This document shows positions 26,080 to 35,037 of a stretch of 64,000 nucleotides of DNA, in pieces. The DNA lies in the NCBI GenBank assembly GCA_964428845.1, contig CAYRZH010000002.1, forward strand, positions 6,924 to 70,923, read 5' to 3'. Under the pieces are notes generated by a model. The model had not been told where the DNA came from, searched no databases, and saw only the letters and a program-made list of their open reading frames with translations. Source of the DNA: an uncultured Candidatus Saccharibacteria bacterium. GTDB taxonomy: Bacteria > Patescibacteriota > Minisyncoccia > Phycocordibacterales > DATGWK01. Position numbers and translations under genes: made by a program. The number at the start of each line of letters is the position of its first letter. The stretch's first letter is position 1.

Positions 26080-27758
26080 TCTGGCCATTTAGAAAAACTT
26101 CCTACAGTGAAATCAATCCAGAGGAAATTTTTATTGATTCAAGCAACTTGCCTAAGTTTGATACACATCATTTTGAAGGCAGGCTTGAGAAGCCGATTAC
26201 GGCGAGAACCGTTATTATTCTATCCACAGTTTTCATAATCTGTGGCGCTGTTTTTCTTGGAAGGCTTTGGCTTCTACAAATAAACCGCGGTGAAGCGTAC
26301 AGTGTTCAAAGTGAGAACAACCGTTTGCGTTTCAGCGACATTTTTGCCAATCGTGGAGTCATTTTCGACCGCAATGGAGTGATCCTCGCTTCAAATAAAG
26401 AAGACCCCGGGGGTGCCGAATTCGCATTGCGCACATACCCAGAAATTCCAGGCTTGTCTCATGTTGTAGGGTATTTGAAATATCCAACCAAGGACGCTCA
26501 CGGCTTCTATTATAGGAAAAATTTTATCGGCGAAGACGGTATTGAGGCGGCCATGAACGACACACTCTCTGGTACCAACGGCATAAAGATCGTCGAAACA
26601 GATGCTTTGGGTAAAGTTCAATCGGAAAGTGTCACCCGTTTGCCAGAAGATGGCGAAAATATTGTTCTTTCTATAGATTCTAAAGTTCAAAGCGAACTAT
26701 ATAAAATAATCAAAGATGTCGCCGAAGCCAAGGGATTTAGTGGCGGATCTGGCCTTATCATGGATGTGAGAAACGGAGAACTTCTTTCGCTCGTGAGTTA
26801 TCCAGAATATAGTTCGGCACTCATGACTCAAGGAAATTCTGAAGATTTCAAAAAATATCTAAACGATAGCGCTAAACCATTTCTCAACAGAGCTGTTTCT
26901 GGTCTGTATACTCCAGGTTCTATCATAAAGCCGATTCTCGCTATGGCTGCTCTAAAAGAGGGAATCATTGATCCCAATAAGCAAATATTGAGTACCGGCT
27001 CAATCTCTGTTCCGAATCCATATTTCCCAGACAAAGATACTGTTTTTCTGGATTGGAAAGCTCACGGCTATGTAGATATGCGTAGAGCGATAGCTGTCTC
27101 CTCAAACGTGTATTTCTACTCGATAGGTGGTGGTTTTTCTGATCAGAAGGGTCTTGGTATAGAAAAGATTGAAAAATATGTAAGACTTTTTGGTTTGGGA
27201 GAAAAAACAGGCATAAATCTCTCGAGCGAACAAGTTGGTGTTATACCAAACCCTCGGTGGAAAAAGGAAGTATTTGATGGAGATCTTTGGCGAATAGGGG
27301 ACACTTACAACAGTTCGATCGGCCAGTACGGTTTTCAGGTTACACCTGTGCAGGTGGTGCGCTACATTGGGGCATTGGCAAATGGGGGGTCACTTTTTAC
27401 TCCGACTCTTCTCAAAGATAGCAGTTCTACCAAGGTAGGGAAGCTCGACTTCATGCCCGAGCATTTTGACATCATTCGCGAAGGAATGCGCGGATCGGTC
27501 CTTGATGGCACAGCTTCTGGTCTCAATGTGCCCTTTGTAGAAGTTGCGGCTAAAACGGGAACAGCCGAGATTGGTACAGTAAGACAGCTCGTCAATTCTT
27601 GGTCGGTCGGCTTTTTCCCATACAAAAATCCAAGGTATGCGTTCGTTATTCTTATGGAACGCGGCCCACGTAGCAATCAAGTCGGAGCTACTGCTGTGAT
27701 GAGACAGATGATTGATTGGTTGAATATATATGGCCAGGAATATGTTATCCCAAGCTAG
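26076..27758 (+). CDS. mrdA: penicillin-binding protein 2 (elongasome transpeptidase)
   Basis: SxxK (GSIIKP), SxN and KTGTA transpeptidase motifs, plus an N-terminal TM anchor. Confidence 0.85.
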   Translation: MIWPFRKTSYSEINPEEIFIDSSNLPKFDTHHFEGRLEKPITARTVIILSTVFIICGAVFLGRLWLLQINRGEAYSVQSENNRLRFSDIFANRGVIFDRNGVILASNKEDPGGAEFALRTYPEIPGLSHVVGYLKYPTKDAHGFYYRKNFIGEDGIEAAMNDTLSGTNGIKIVETDALGKVQSESVTRLPEDGENIVLSIDSKVQSELYKIIKDVAEAKGFSGGSGLIMDVRNGELLSLVSYPEYSSALMTQGNSEDFKKYLNDSAKPFLNRAVSGLYTPGSIIKPILAMAALKEGIIDPNKQILSTGSISVPNPYFPDKDTVFLDWKAHGYVDMRRAIAVSSNVYFYSIGGGFSDQKGLGIEKIEKYVRLFGLGEKTGINLSSEQVGVIPNPRWKKEVFDGDLWRIGDTYNSSIGQYGFQVTPVQVVRYIGALANGGSLFTPTLLKDSSSTKVGKLDFMPEHFDIIREGMRGSVLDGTASGLNVPFVEVAAKTGTAEIGTVRQLVNSWSVGFFPYKNPRYAFVILMERGPRSNQVGATAVMRQMIDWLNIYGQEYVIPS

Positions 27759-27821
27759 TGTTTGACTTAATGGATAGAGGCAAGATACAATTGTCCCAAT
27801 GTTTTTTAAAACGAATCATCT

Positions 27822-28292
27822 ATGGAAGGAAGTCAAGAATATTTAACACAGGAAAAATACGACGAGTTTAGTAAAGAGCTCGAAAATCTCAAATCCGTTA
27901 GACGTAAAGAGGTCGCCGAGAATCTTGAGTATGCTAAGTCTCTCGGTGATCTTTCCGAAAACGCCGAGTATCACGAAGCTCGCGACATGCAGGCCAACAT
28001 CGAGGACCGTATCTCAAAACTCGAGGGTATATTGAAGCTGGCTATCATAGTTCCACCGTCACATGATACTGCCACTGTGACCATAGGTTCTGTGGTTACG
28101 GTAGAGAAAGAGGGAGAAACCGACAAAAGAACTTATACTATTGTAGGCTCGGAAGAGGCTGATATGAGCACGGGCAAAATTTCTATAAAATCTCCACTTG
28201 GGCTTAGCATTATGGGGAAAAAGAAAAAAGAATCTTTCACTTTTAAAACTCCTGGCGGCTCTGTCACATACAAGGTAGTTGATATAAAATAG
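27822..28292 (+). CDS. greA: transcription elongation factor GreA
   Basis: GreA coiled-coil N-domain with the LGDLSENAEYHEARD motif and an FKBP-like C-domain. Confidence 0.85.
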   Translation: MEGSQEYLTQEKYDEFSKELENLKSVRRKEVAENLEYAKSLGDLSENAEYHEARDMQANIEDRISKLEGILKLAIIVPPSHDTATVTIGSVVTVEKEGETDKRTYTIVGSEEADMSTGKISIKSPLGLSIMGKKKKESFTFKTPGGSVTYKVVDIK

Positions 28293-28297
28293 ATGGC

Positions 28298-29830
28298 ATG
28301 TCAACTATTGATGAAATAAGAGAAAATAGATTAAAGAAACTCTCTGAGCTCAAAGAGAAGGGGATAGACCCGTACCCGATTGAGTCAAAGCAGGATTACA
28401 CACTTGCTGAAGTCAGGGCGAACTTCGCCAAACTCTCGGGCGGGTCAACATCGAGCTCCCCAACCTCTGGCTCTGGGTCAGGTCCTTCTAAATCATCTAA
28501 GTCAAAAAAAACCCTGACTCTTGTCGGACGTGTCCTTTCTCTCCGTCCGCAGGGTGCCATCATCTTTTTTGATTTCAATGATGGTACGGGGAAGCTCCAA
28601 GGTCTTCTCAAAAAAGAAGAGAAGATAAGTGACGAAGACTTCGATCTTTTTGCCAATTATGTAGATATCGGTGACTTTGTCGAAGTCACCGGGTCTTTGT
28701 TTACTACGACTCGCGGGGAGGAGAGTATCCAGGTGGCTAAGTGGCGTATGCTTGCCAAGAGTTTGCGCCCACTACCAGAGAAATGGCACGGCCTCCAGGA
28801 CGTAGAGGAGCGCTTTAGGCGCCGCTACCTAGACCTGATCGCCAACGAGGAGGTGAAGAAGAGGTTTATTACACGTTCGAACATTATCCGAGAACTGCGG
28901 ACCAATCTAGAAAAAGAAGGCTTTATCGAAGTCGAAACCCCAGTGCTTCAGGAGCTCGCCGGTGGCGCATCTGCAGAGCCTTTCAAAACTCACCACAACG
29001 CACTCGATTGTGACTTTTTCCTACGCATTGCTCCAGAGCTTTTTCTCAAAAAGCTTCTTATTGGAGGTTTCCCGAAAGTCTACGAAATCAGTCGAAACTT
29101 TAGAAATGAAGGGATAGATGTTACTCACAACCCAGAATTTACTAGTCTCGAATACTACGAAAGTTGGAGTGACTCGGAGAAACAGAGAGCTTTTGCAGAA
29201 AAGATTTTTAAAAACATCGTAAAAAAGGTTTTTGGAGACACTGCGATAACTTTTGATGGAAATTCTATTGATTTTGGAAAGAAATTTAACGTCATTTCCT
29301 TTTTTGATCTTCTCAAAAGATATGCACTACTTACTCATCCGGAAAACGCTACTCTTGAGGATTTGAGACTCAAGGCCAACCAACTAGGTGTAAAATTTGC
29401 TCCCGGCGACTCTCTTGAGAAGATTATGGATGGTATTTATAAAAAGACGTGTCGCCCAAAACTTATCCAGCCGACTTTTGTAGTCGATTATCCAGCAAAC
29501 TATCTGCCACTGGCCAAGAAATCTCCCGAAAATCCGAAGCTCGTCGATGCATTTCAACTTATTGTTGGAGGTCTCGAGCTCGTAAAAGCTTTTACGGAGC
29601 TGAACGATCCTCTCGATCAACATGAGCGCTTCATGAACCAGGAGAAAAACAAGGAGCGCGGTGACAAAGAAGCCCAGCCCAATGATAAAGATTTTGTCGA
29701 AGCCCTTGAGTACGGCATGCCTCCAGCCGGTGGGGTAGGTATCGGTATCGATCGCCTAGTGATGCTTCTCACTGACACCAAAAATATCCGTGAAGTGATT
29801 CTATTTCCGACATTGAGGCCGAGGCAGTAA
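28298..29830 (+). CDS. lysS: lysyl-tRNA synthetase (class II) with a Ser/Gly-rich low-complexity insertion
   Basis: OB anticodon-binding domain and class II motifs (FRNEG, GGVGIGIDR); an insertion SGGSTSSSPTSGSGSGPSKSSKSKK lies near the N-terminus. Confidence 0.9.
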   Translation: MSTIDEIRENRLKKLSELKEKGIDPYPIESKQDYTLAEVRANFAKLSGGSTSSSPTSGSGSGPSKSSKSKKTLTLVGRVLSLRPQGAIIFFDFNDGTGKLQGLLKKEEKISDEDFDLFANYVDIGDFVEVTGSLFTTTRGEESIQVAKWRMLAKSLRPLPEKWHGLQDVEERFRRRYLDLIANEEVKKRFITRSNIIRELRTNLEKEGFIEVETPVLQELAGGASAEPFKTHHNALDCDFFLRIAPELFLKKLLIGGFPKVYEISRNFRNEGIDVTHNPEFTSLEYYESWSDSEKQRAFAEKIFKNIVKKVFGDTAITFDGNSIDFGKKFNVISFFDLLKRYALLTHPENATLEDLRLKANQLGVKFAPGDSLEKIMDGIYKKTCRPKLIQPTFVVDYPANYLPLAKKSPENPKLVDAFQLIVGGLELVKAFTELNDPLDQHERFMNQEKNKERGDKEAQPNDKDFVEALEYGMPPAGGVGIGIDRLVMLLTDTKNIREVILFPTLRPRQ

Positions 29831-29845
29831 TTTTTTAGTAAGAAA

Positions 29846-29870
29846 AAAGCGTTGCTGTTGTGCAACGCTC
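29846..29870 (-). terminator. intrinsic terminator
   Basis: AGCGTTGC tgttg TGCAACGCT hairpin followed by a T-run on the minus strand. Confidence 0.5.
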
Positions 29871-29887
29871 CGCTGTCTGACTCGATC

Positions 29888-30301
29888 TCATGGGATATTG
29901 CCGCTATAGATGATCCTGGAGAAATCGATGTCCTTCTCCGAGAGTGTTTTTAGCGACATATTCATCTCCGCGTCTCTTGAGTAGATAAAGTAGGTGCCGG
30001 GTTCGAGTGCTACGACACCATGGTCCTTGGTAAAGAACGTGTTACCGTCAGCTTCCTCGACGTCGGCAACTCCCAGCTCTCTGTTCACCTTAAGTACCCT
30101 GTACGGGACGTTCGGCCGAAATTGTTGTTCAGGTGTCTGCGAGCGTGGTAGAGGAATTGGGAAAGCTCTCGGACTCTGCATTTCGGCCAAGGTCAGCTCC
30201 TTCAGGAAGAAGAAAGGTCCAAGAAACAAAACGATTATTGCTCCAATGACGATGATAAAAGCTGTTAGATCAGCAGATCCCCTGCGACTGAATTTCCTCA
30301 T
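29888..30301 (-). CDS. hypothetical membrane-anchored protein (138 aa)
   Basis: ATG at 30301 with an AAGGGAG RBS; N-terminal TM helix; a C-terminal beta-rich domain with the motif LEPGTYFIY. Confidence 0.5.
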   Translation of the reverse strand: MRKFSRRGSADLTAFIIVIGAIIVLFLGPFFFLKELTLAEMQSPRAFPIPLPRSQTPEQQFRPNVPYRVLKVNRELGVADVEEADGNTFFTKDHGVVALEPGTYFIYSRDAEMNMSLKTLSEKDIDFSRIIYSGNIP

Positions 30302-30453
30302 TTCTTCACTCCCTTTCGTTATGGTGGTGTGATGATTGTTTGCAACAAACACAATTCTGCCAACATACTACATATGGCTAAATCATCAGTCAAGATAGCC
30401 CAATAGTTCAATTGCTTAGGCTATTTGAGTAATACACTGTTTCCCAAAATGAA

Positions 30454-30480
30454 ACCCCCACAGTCTCCCGTGGGGGTTTT
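30454..30480. terminator. intrinsic terminator
   Basis: ACCCCCAC agtctccc GTGGGGGT hairpin followed by TTTGAAT; it shares GGGGTTTTGAAT with the MITE-like repeat end. Confidence 0.5.
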
Positions 30481-30505
30481 GAATGTGAACGTAGAACTCG
30501 TGAAC

Positions 30506-31066
30506 TCAGCAGGCCGCGAGCGATCCGCTGCGGGGGGGCTGGGGACCAACCCCGACCGCTTCCGTACCGACGGGTGGTCTGTTGTTGGCAACGATGGATC
30601 CCGGTAGACCCTCAACATACGCCAGTGATTCGGTAGTAGTCCGAGTGACACCGGCGAAACCTCCCTGGAGCACCACTTTCGTGGTGACGATGTATCGGTA
30701 CTTCCCAGGTGTCAGATTCAGGAAAACCTCGTCCTCCCGACCATGAATGGAGATATCCCGTAGCGGCCGCACGACGCGCAACCGGCCGTTTTGTACGACG
30801 AGCATGTACTCAACATCGTCGTGACGAAAGCCCCCCCTCACCTCGAGGATGTCGCCTGGCTCGAACACCTTACTGATGAACATGGGGCAGCCGATCCTGG
30901 CCTTGTAGGAATCTCGATCTCGCACAGTGGCGGCGATAAAGGAACACACAATGATGAGCACGATGAGCACCAGGACAATTGCGGCTGCCTCCCCAAAGGT
31001 GAACCAGGATCCTCCCGAGCTCATCTGGTCCGACGTCTGCGCCAACACGAGACTGAAATTGAACAC
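30506..31066 (-). CDS. hypothetical membrane-anchored protein (186 aa), GC-rich paralog of 29888-30301
   Basis: GTG at 31066 with an AAAGGAG RBS; TM helix; the motif LTPGKYRYIV parallels LEPGTYFIY of the neighbouring gene; about 58% GC. Confidence 0.5.
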   Translation of the reverse strand: MFNFSLVLAQTSDQMSSGGSWFTFGEAAAIVLVLIVLIIVCSFIAATVRDRDSYKARIGCPMFISKVFEPGDILEVRGGFRHDDVEYMLVVQNGRLRVVRPLRDISIHGREDEVFLNLTPGKYRYIVTTKVVLQGGFAGVTRTTTESLAYVEGLPGSIVANNRPPVGTEAVGVGPQPPRSGSLAAC

Positions 31067-31198
31067 GTTCTTCTCCTTTTTCCAAAGTGCTTGGTTGCGG
31101 TGCCCGACATAGGCAACCGATTATTTCCAAGGTTGATTATAGCACGCTTGATAGCATCTTGTCAATGAGTAAAACAAAATCCCCAGCAAACTTGCCAC

Positions 31199-31496
31199 GA
31201 GAGAGTCCGCAGGAAGATTCGGTATCTACATCATGGGGTTTTGAATAGATGCCGAGGCGGGATGATGTCTGGCCACAGAGATCGTTCGAGGAGAGTCCGC
31301 AGGAAGATTTGCATGGTCTGTCAAGTTGGCCAGATATCTAGAGTAGGTTCTCTTATATAGATTACCTGGCCAACTTTACAGAAATCTTCCGAGGATTAGG
31401 AAATTTGTCCGCTGGGACAAATTTCCGCTCTCCGAGAGCGATACTCTGTGGCGGACATGTTTATCCGTGCTCGACAGGCTGTCTATTCAAGACCCC
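31199..31496. repeat. MITE-like structured repeat, copy 2 (~298 bp)
   Basis: Contains the same three modules as copy 1. Nested perfect inverted repeats (CAAGTTGGCCAG/CTGGCCAACTT; GGCCACAGAG/CTCTGTGGC) point to a long imperfect hairpin. Confidence 0.55.
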
Positions 31497-31622
31497 TTTG
31501 GGAGGGGCAATGCTTGCTGGGGGTTTGTTGTGGCCGGTCTTTCTGTGGATAACAGTGTATTCTTGTGGGATAAAGTGGTATATACTTTGTATCAAGTGGG
31601 TGAAGGTGGTAAACTTTGATTC

Positions 31623-32057
31623 ATGCTCATCGGTGAATACACTCATACCATCGACAACAAGAACCGCATTTCTCTTCCTGCAAAATTTAGGAAAGAAATC
31701 GGCAAAAAAATTGTTGTCACTCACGGTCTAGATAACTGTCTCTTTCTCTATTCGACTCCCGAGTGGAAGAAAATTTCCGAGAAACTTGGGAACCTCGGAA
31801 TGGGGCAGGCAGATACTAGAGGGTTCAATCGTTTTATGCTCGCAGGCGCAGTTGAGATCGATGTGGATTCCATAGGAAGGATCCTCATCCCAGATTTTTT
31901 GAAGAAGTTCGCCGGGTTTGTGGAAAAAGTTGTTTTCACTGGCGTACACAATCGCATAGAGATCTGGGACGAAGTTCGCTGGGGTGAGTATAAAGCGAAG
32001 ATTGAGAAGCAGGCCGATAAGCTTGCCGAAAAACTTGGTGAGATTGGTGTGTTTTAG
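31623..32057 (+). CDS. mraZ: division/cell-wall cluster transcriptional regulator MraZ
   Basis: MLIGEYTHTIDNKNRISLPAKFR with duplicated MraZ repeats. Confidence 0.9.
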   Translation: MLIGEYTHTIDNKNRISLPAKFRKEIGKKIVVTHGLDNCLFLYSTPEWKKISEKLGNLGMGQADTRGFNRFMLAGAVEIDVDSIGRILIPDFLKKFAGFVEKVVFTGVHNRIEIWDEVRWGEYKAKIEKQADKLAEKLGEIGVF

Positions 32058-32073
32058 AAGATAAAGCACTCCA

Positions 32074-32967
32074 ATGGCCCATACAAGCGTTCTTTTACAA
32101 GCTTCAATAGACGGACTCGACCTTAAGGCAGGTGAAATTTTTGTTGATGGCACTTTGGGTGGCGGTGGCCACAGCGAAGAGGTCATTCGACGCTTTGGCG
32201 AGAGCGTAACCATCATAGGTTTGGATATGGATGTGGATGCGCTCAAACGTTCTCGCGAAAGACTCGAAAACCTCGGAGGCAAAATTATCTTTAGACAAGC
32301 TAATTTCAAAGACATAGACAAAATTCTCCTTGATCTCAATATTCCTTCTGTACAGAAGATTCTTCTAGATATTGGAACAAGTTCGTTCCAGATCGAAGAT
32401 TCAGGCAGGGGATTCAGCTTTAAGTCTGACGAGCCTCTTCAAATGACCTTTGTTAAAGATATTTCACCAGAGACTGTTACCGCGCGGGATGTGGTAAATG
32501 ACTGGGAGGAAGAAAGTTTAGGAAACGTCATCTATGGTTTCGGAGGTGAAAGATATGGCAGGCGTATCGCCCGAGCCATAGTCGAAGAGAGAGGAAATAA
32601 ACCAATCGAGACTACCGGTGAATTGGTGAACATTATCATCAAGGCGACTCCCTTTTCTTATCACCGAGGCAAAATCCACCCCGCTACCAGAACATTTCAA
32701 GCCATCCGCATTGCAGTGAACGACGAGCTTGGTGCACTGAAGCAGGGAATCACCAAAGGCTTCGAGAAACTTTCTGTCGGTGGACGTTTGGCGGTAATTT
32801 CTTTCCATAGTCTGGAAGATAGAATCGTAAAAGATTTTTTCAAGCAGATGAAGAACGAGGGCAGAGCAGACCTTATTACCAAAAAGCCGATTATAGCGAC
32901 CGAGGAGGAAGTTGAAGCAAACCCACGTGCTAGGAGCGCCAAACTCCGAATTATTTCAAAACTTTAG
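32074..32967 (+). CDS. rsmH: 16S rRNA (cytosine1402-N4)-methyltransferase
   Basis: HTSVLL..DGTLGGGGHS SAM-binding motifs. Confidence 0.9.
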   Translation: MAHTSVLLQASIDGLDLKAGEIFVDGTLGGGGHSEEVIRRFGESVTIIGLDMDVDALKRSRERLENLGGKIIFRQANFKDIDKILLDLNIPSVQKILLDIGTSSFQIEDSGRGFSFKSDEPLQMTFVKDISPETVTARDVVNDWEEESLGNVIYGFGGERYGRRIARAIVEERGNKPIETTGELVNIIIKATPFSYHRGKIHPATRTFQAIRIAVNDELGALKQGITKGFEKLSVGGRLAVISFHSLEDRIVKDFFKQMKNEGRADLITKKPIIATEEEVEANPRARSAKLRIISKL

Positions 32968-32983
32968 GAAAAGTTATTTAAAA

Positions 32984-33301
32984 ATGATAAGCAATTCAAT
33001 ACCATTTATAAACAAAAAAAGCACTTTTTGGATGCTAATTTTGGTTCTCGCGTTTGTTTTGGGTGTTTACCTCTATTCTCTGAACAGTGTAATGTTCAAT
33101 ATTGTCAAAAGAGGTGAAGCCGAAAAGAGTCTATCAAACCTGAAAACTTCAGTTACCGAGATAGAATCAAGTTATCTTGCACTTAAAAACAACATAACTC
33201 TAGATCTAGCATACTCACGCGGCTTTCAAGAGGTGGAAATTAGCGCATTCATTCCGAAGAAGTCTGTGAGCGCGGCACAAACCCTTTCGTTCATAGAGTA
33301 G
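32984..33301 (+). CDS. FtsL/DivIC-like cell-division membrane protein
   Basis: A single TM helix followed by a coiled-coil; position between rsmH and ftsI. Confidence 0.5.
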   Translation: MISNSIPFINKKSTFWMLILVLAFVLGVYLYSLNSVMFNIVKRGEAEKSLSNLKTSVTEIESSYLALKNNITLDLAYSRGFQEVEISAFIPKKSVSAAQTLSFIE

Positions 33302-33318
33302 TGCTATAATTCTTCTCT

Positions 33319-35031
33319 ATGAGATCGGAGCTCGTTTTGATTAGAGTTCGTCTACTCTTTTTTTTGCTTTTGATTTTTGCCATCATCCTCGTCTCTCGTC
33401 TATATTTTGTGCAAATTGTTTCCGGTGAAATTTACAGTACCAAGGCGGACCGACAGTATTTAAAGCCAAATTCATCGATTCTCAATCGAGGGACAATCTA
33501 TTTTAAAACTAAAGATGGTGAAATTGTTACTGCCGCTCATCAGAAGACGGGTGACACTATTGCTATAAATCCAAGTATTCTCAAAGATCCGGAAATGGCT
33601 TTCGAGCAAATTTCGAAAGTCGTCTCAATAGACAAAGAGAATTTTCTTTTGAGAGCCGCAAAGAAAAATGATCCCTATGAGGAAGTTCTAAAAAAGGTTG
33701 ATCTTGGTGATGGGGAAAAAATTCGTGACCTCAATATTCCTGGTGTGAACGCCTACAAAGAAAAATGGAGATTTTATCCAAACCATTCTGCCGGTGCCCA
33801 TGTTTTGGGCATTATGGCCCATAAAGGGGATGAATATGCAGGACGTTATGGGTTAGAACAATATTACGAAGATATTCTGGTGAGGAAAAATGAATTGTCT
33901 TATTCAAATTTCTTTGTCGAGATGTTTTTAAACGTCAAGAAAACCTTTTCTGGTGAAGACTCGGCTGAAGGGGACATCGTTACTTCTATCGAGCCGACAG
34001 TAGAATCATTCTTGGAACGAGAGGTGGAAACAATAAACAAAACCTGGAACGGAGAATTTAGTGGAGGAATAATAATAAATCCGAAAAATGGAGAAATAAT
34101 TGCCATGGCTATTTCTCCAACTTTCAATCCAAATGATTTAAAGAACGTCGACGATATCAATGTTTTCTCAAATAAGTTGGTAGAAGGTGTTTATGAGATG
34201 GGATCCGTGGTTAAGCCCATAACCCTTGTAAGTGGTTTGGACTCGGGTGCGATAACAGCTCGGACGACGTACTTTGACTCTGGCTCTATCACTTTAAACA
34301 ACAAAACAATTTCAAATTTTGATAAAAAAGGGCGAGGTTTGGTGGACATGCAAAAAGTTCTCAATGACTCCCTAAACACCGGTGCCGCATTTGTCATGAG
34401 TAAAATGGGGAAGGAAAAGTTTTCGGAATATATGCTAAACTTCGGCTTCGGCGAAAAAACGGGTGTCGATCTGCCAAATGAAGCAGCGCCTCTGGCAGAC
34501 AACCTCAAGAGCCCTCGAGAAATCGAGCACGCCACTGCCTCCTTCGGCCAAGGGGTAGCCATAAGTCCGATTTCAGCTGCTAGGGCCTTCTCTGTTATCG
34601 CAAATGGCGGCACACTCATTACCCCTCACATAGTCACCAATATCAAATATAAAAGTGGGATGACAAAGGACATTTCTTTTCCGGAGGGGAAAAGGGTTTT
34701 GAAAAAAGAGAGTGCCGAGGAAATTTCGAGAATGCTCGTCGAGGTTGTCGATGACGCGCTTCTTGGGGGGGTTTTGAAACTTCCTCATTATAGTGTGGCT
34801 GCCAAAACTGGCACGGCCCAGATTGCCAAGGAAAATAGTGGCGGATACTACGACGACCGATATCTACACTCATTTTTCGGATTTTTCCCAGCCTATGATG
34901 CTAAGTTTCTAGTTTTCCTTATTACATATAAACCTGGTCAAGTAAAATATGCTTCGGAAACTTTAGCACGCCCCTTTTTCAATATTGTTAAATATCTGAT
35001 AAATTATTACAAAATCCCACCAGACCGATAA
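33319..35031 (+). CDS. ftsI: penicillin-binding protein (FtsI-type divisome transpeptidase)
   Basis: SVVKP (SxxK), SxN and KTGTA motifs, plus an N-terminal TM anchor. Confidence 0.85.
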   Translation: MRSELVLIRVRLLFFLLLIFAIILVSRLYFVQIVSGEIYSTKADRQYLKPNSSILNRGTIYFKTKDGEIVTAAHQKTGDTIAINPSILKDPEMAFEQISKVVSIDKENFLLRAAKKNDPYEEVLKKVDLGDGEKIRDLNIPGVNAYKEKWRFYPNHSAGAHVLGIMAHKGDEYAGRYGLEQYYEDILVRKNELSYSNFFVEMFLNVKKTFSGEDSAEGDIVTSIEPTVESFLEREVETINKTWNGEFSGGIIINPKNGEIIAMAISPTFNPNDLKNVDDINVFSNKLVEGVYEMGSVVKPITLVSGLDSGAITARTTYFDSGSITLNNKTISNFDKKGRGLVDMQKVLNDSLNTGAAFVMSKMGKEKFSEYMLNFGFGEKTGVDLPNEAAPLADNLKSPREIEHATASFGQGVAISPISAARAFSVIANGGTLITPHIVTNIKYKSGMTKDISFPEGKRVLKKESAEEISRMLVEVVDDALLGGVLKLPHYSVAAKTGTAQIAKENSGGYYDDRYLHSFFGFFPAYDAKFLVFLITYKPGQVKYASETLARPFFNIVKYLINYYKIPPDR

Positions 35032-35037
35032 ATCCTA

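Noticed and set aside
30454-30480. Possible third fragment of the MITE-like repeat (it shares GGGGTTTTGAAT)
   Set aside because: Only 12 nt are shared and the rest is a simple terminator hairpin. This is too short to call a copy.
31728-32339. 203-aa minus-strand ORF across mraZ/rsmH
   Set aside because: It is antisense to two confidently identified conserved genes and has no RBS.
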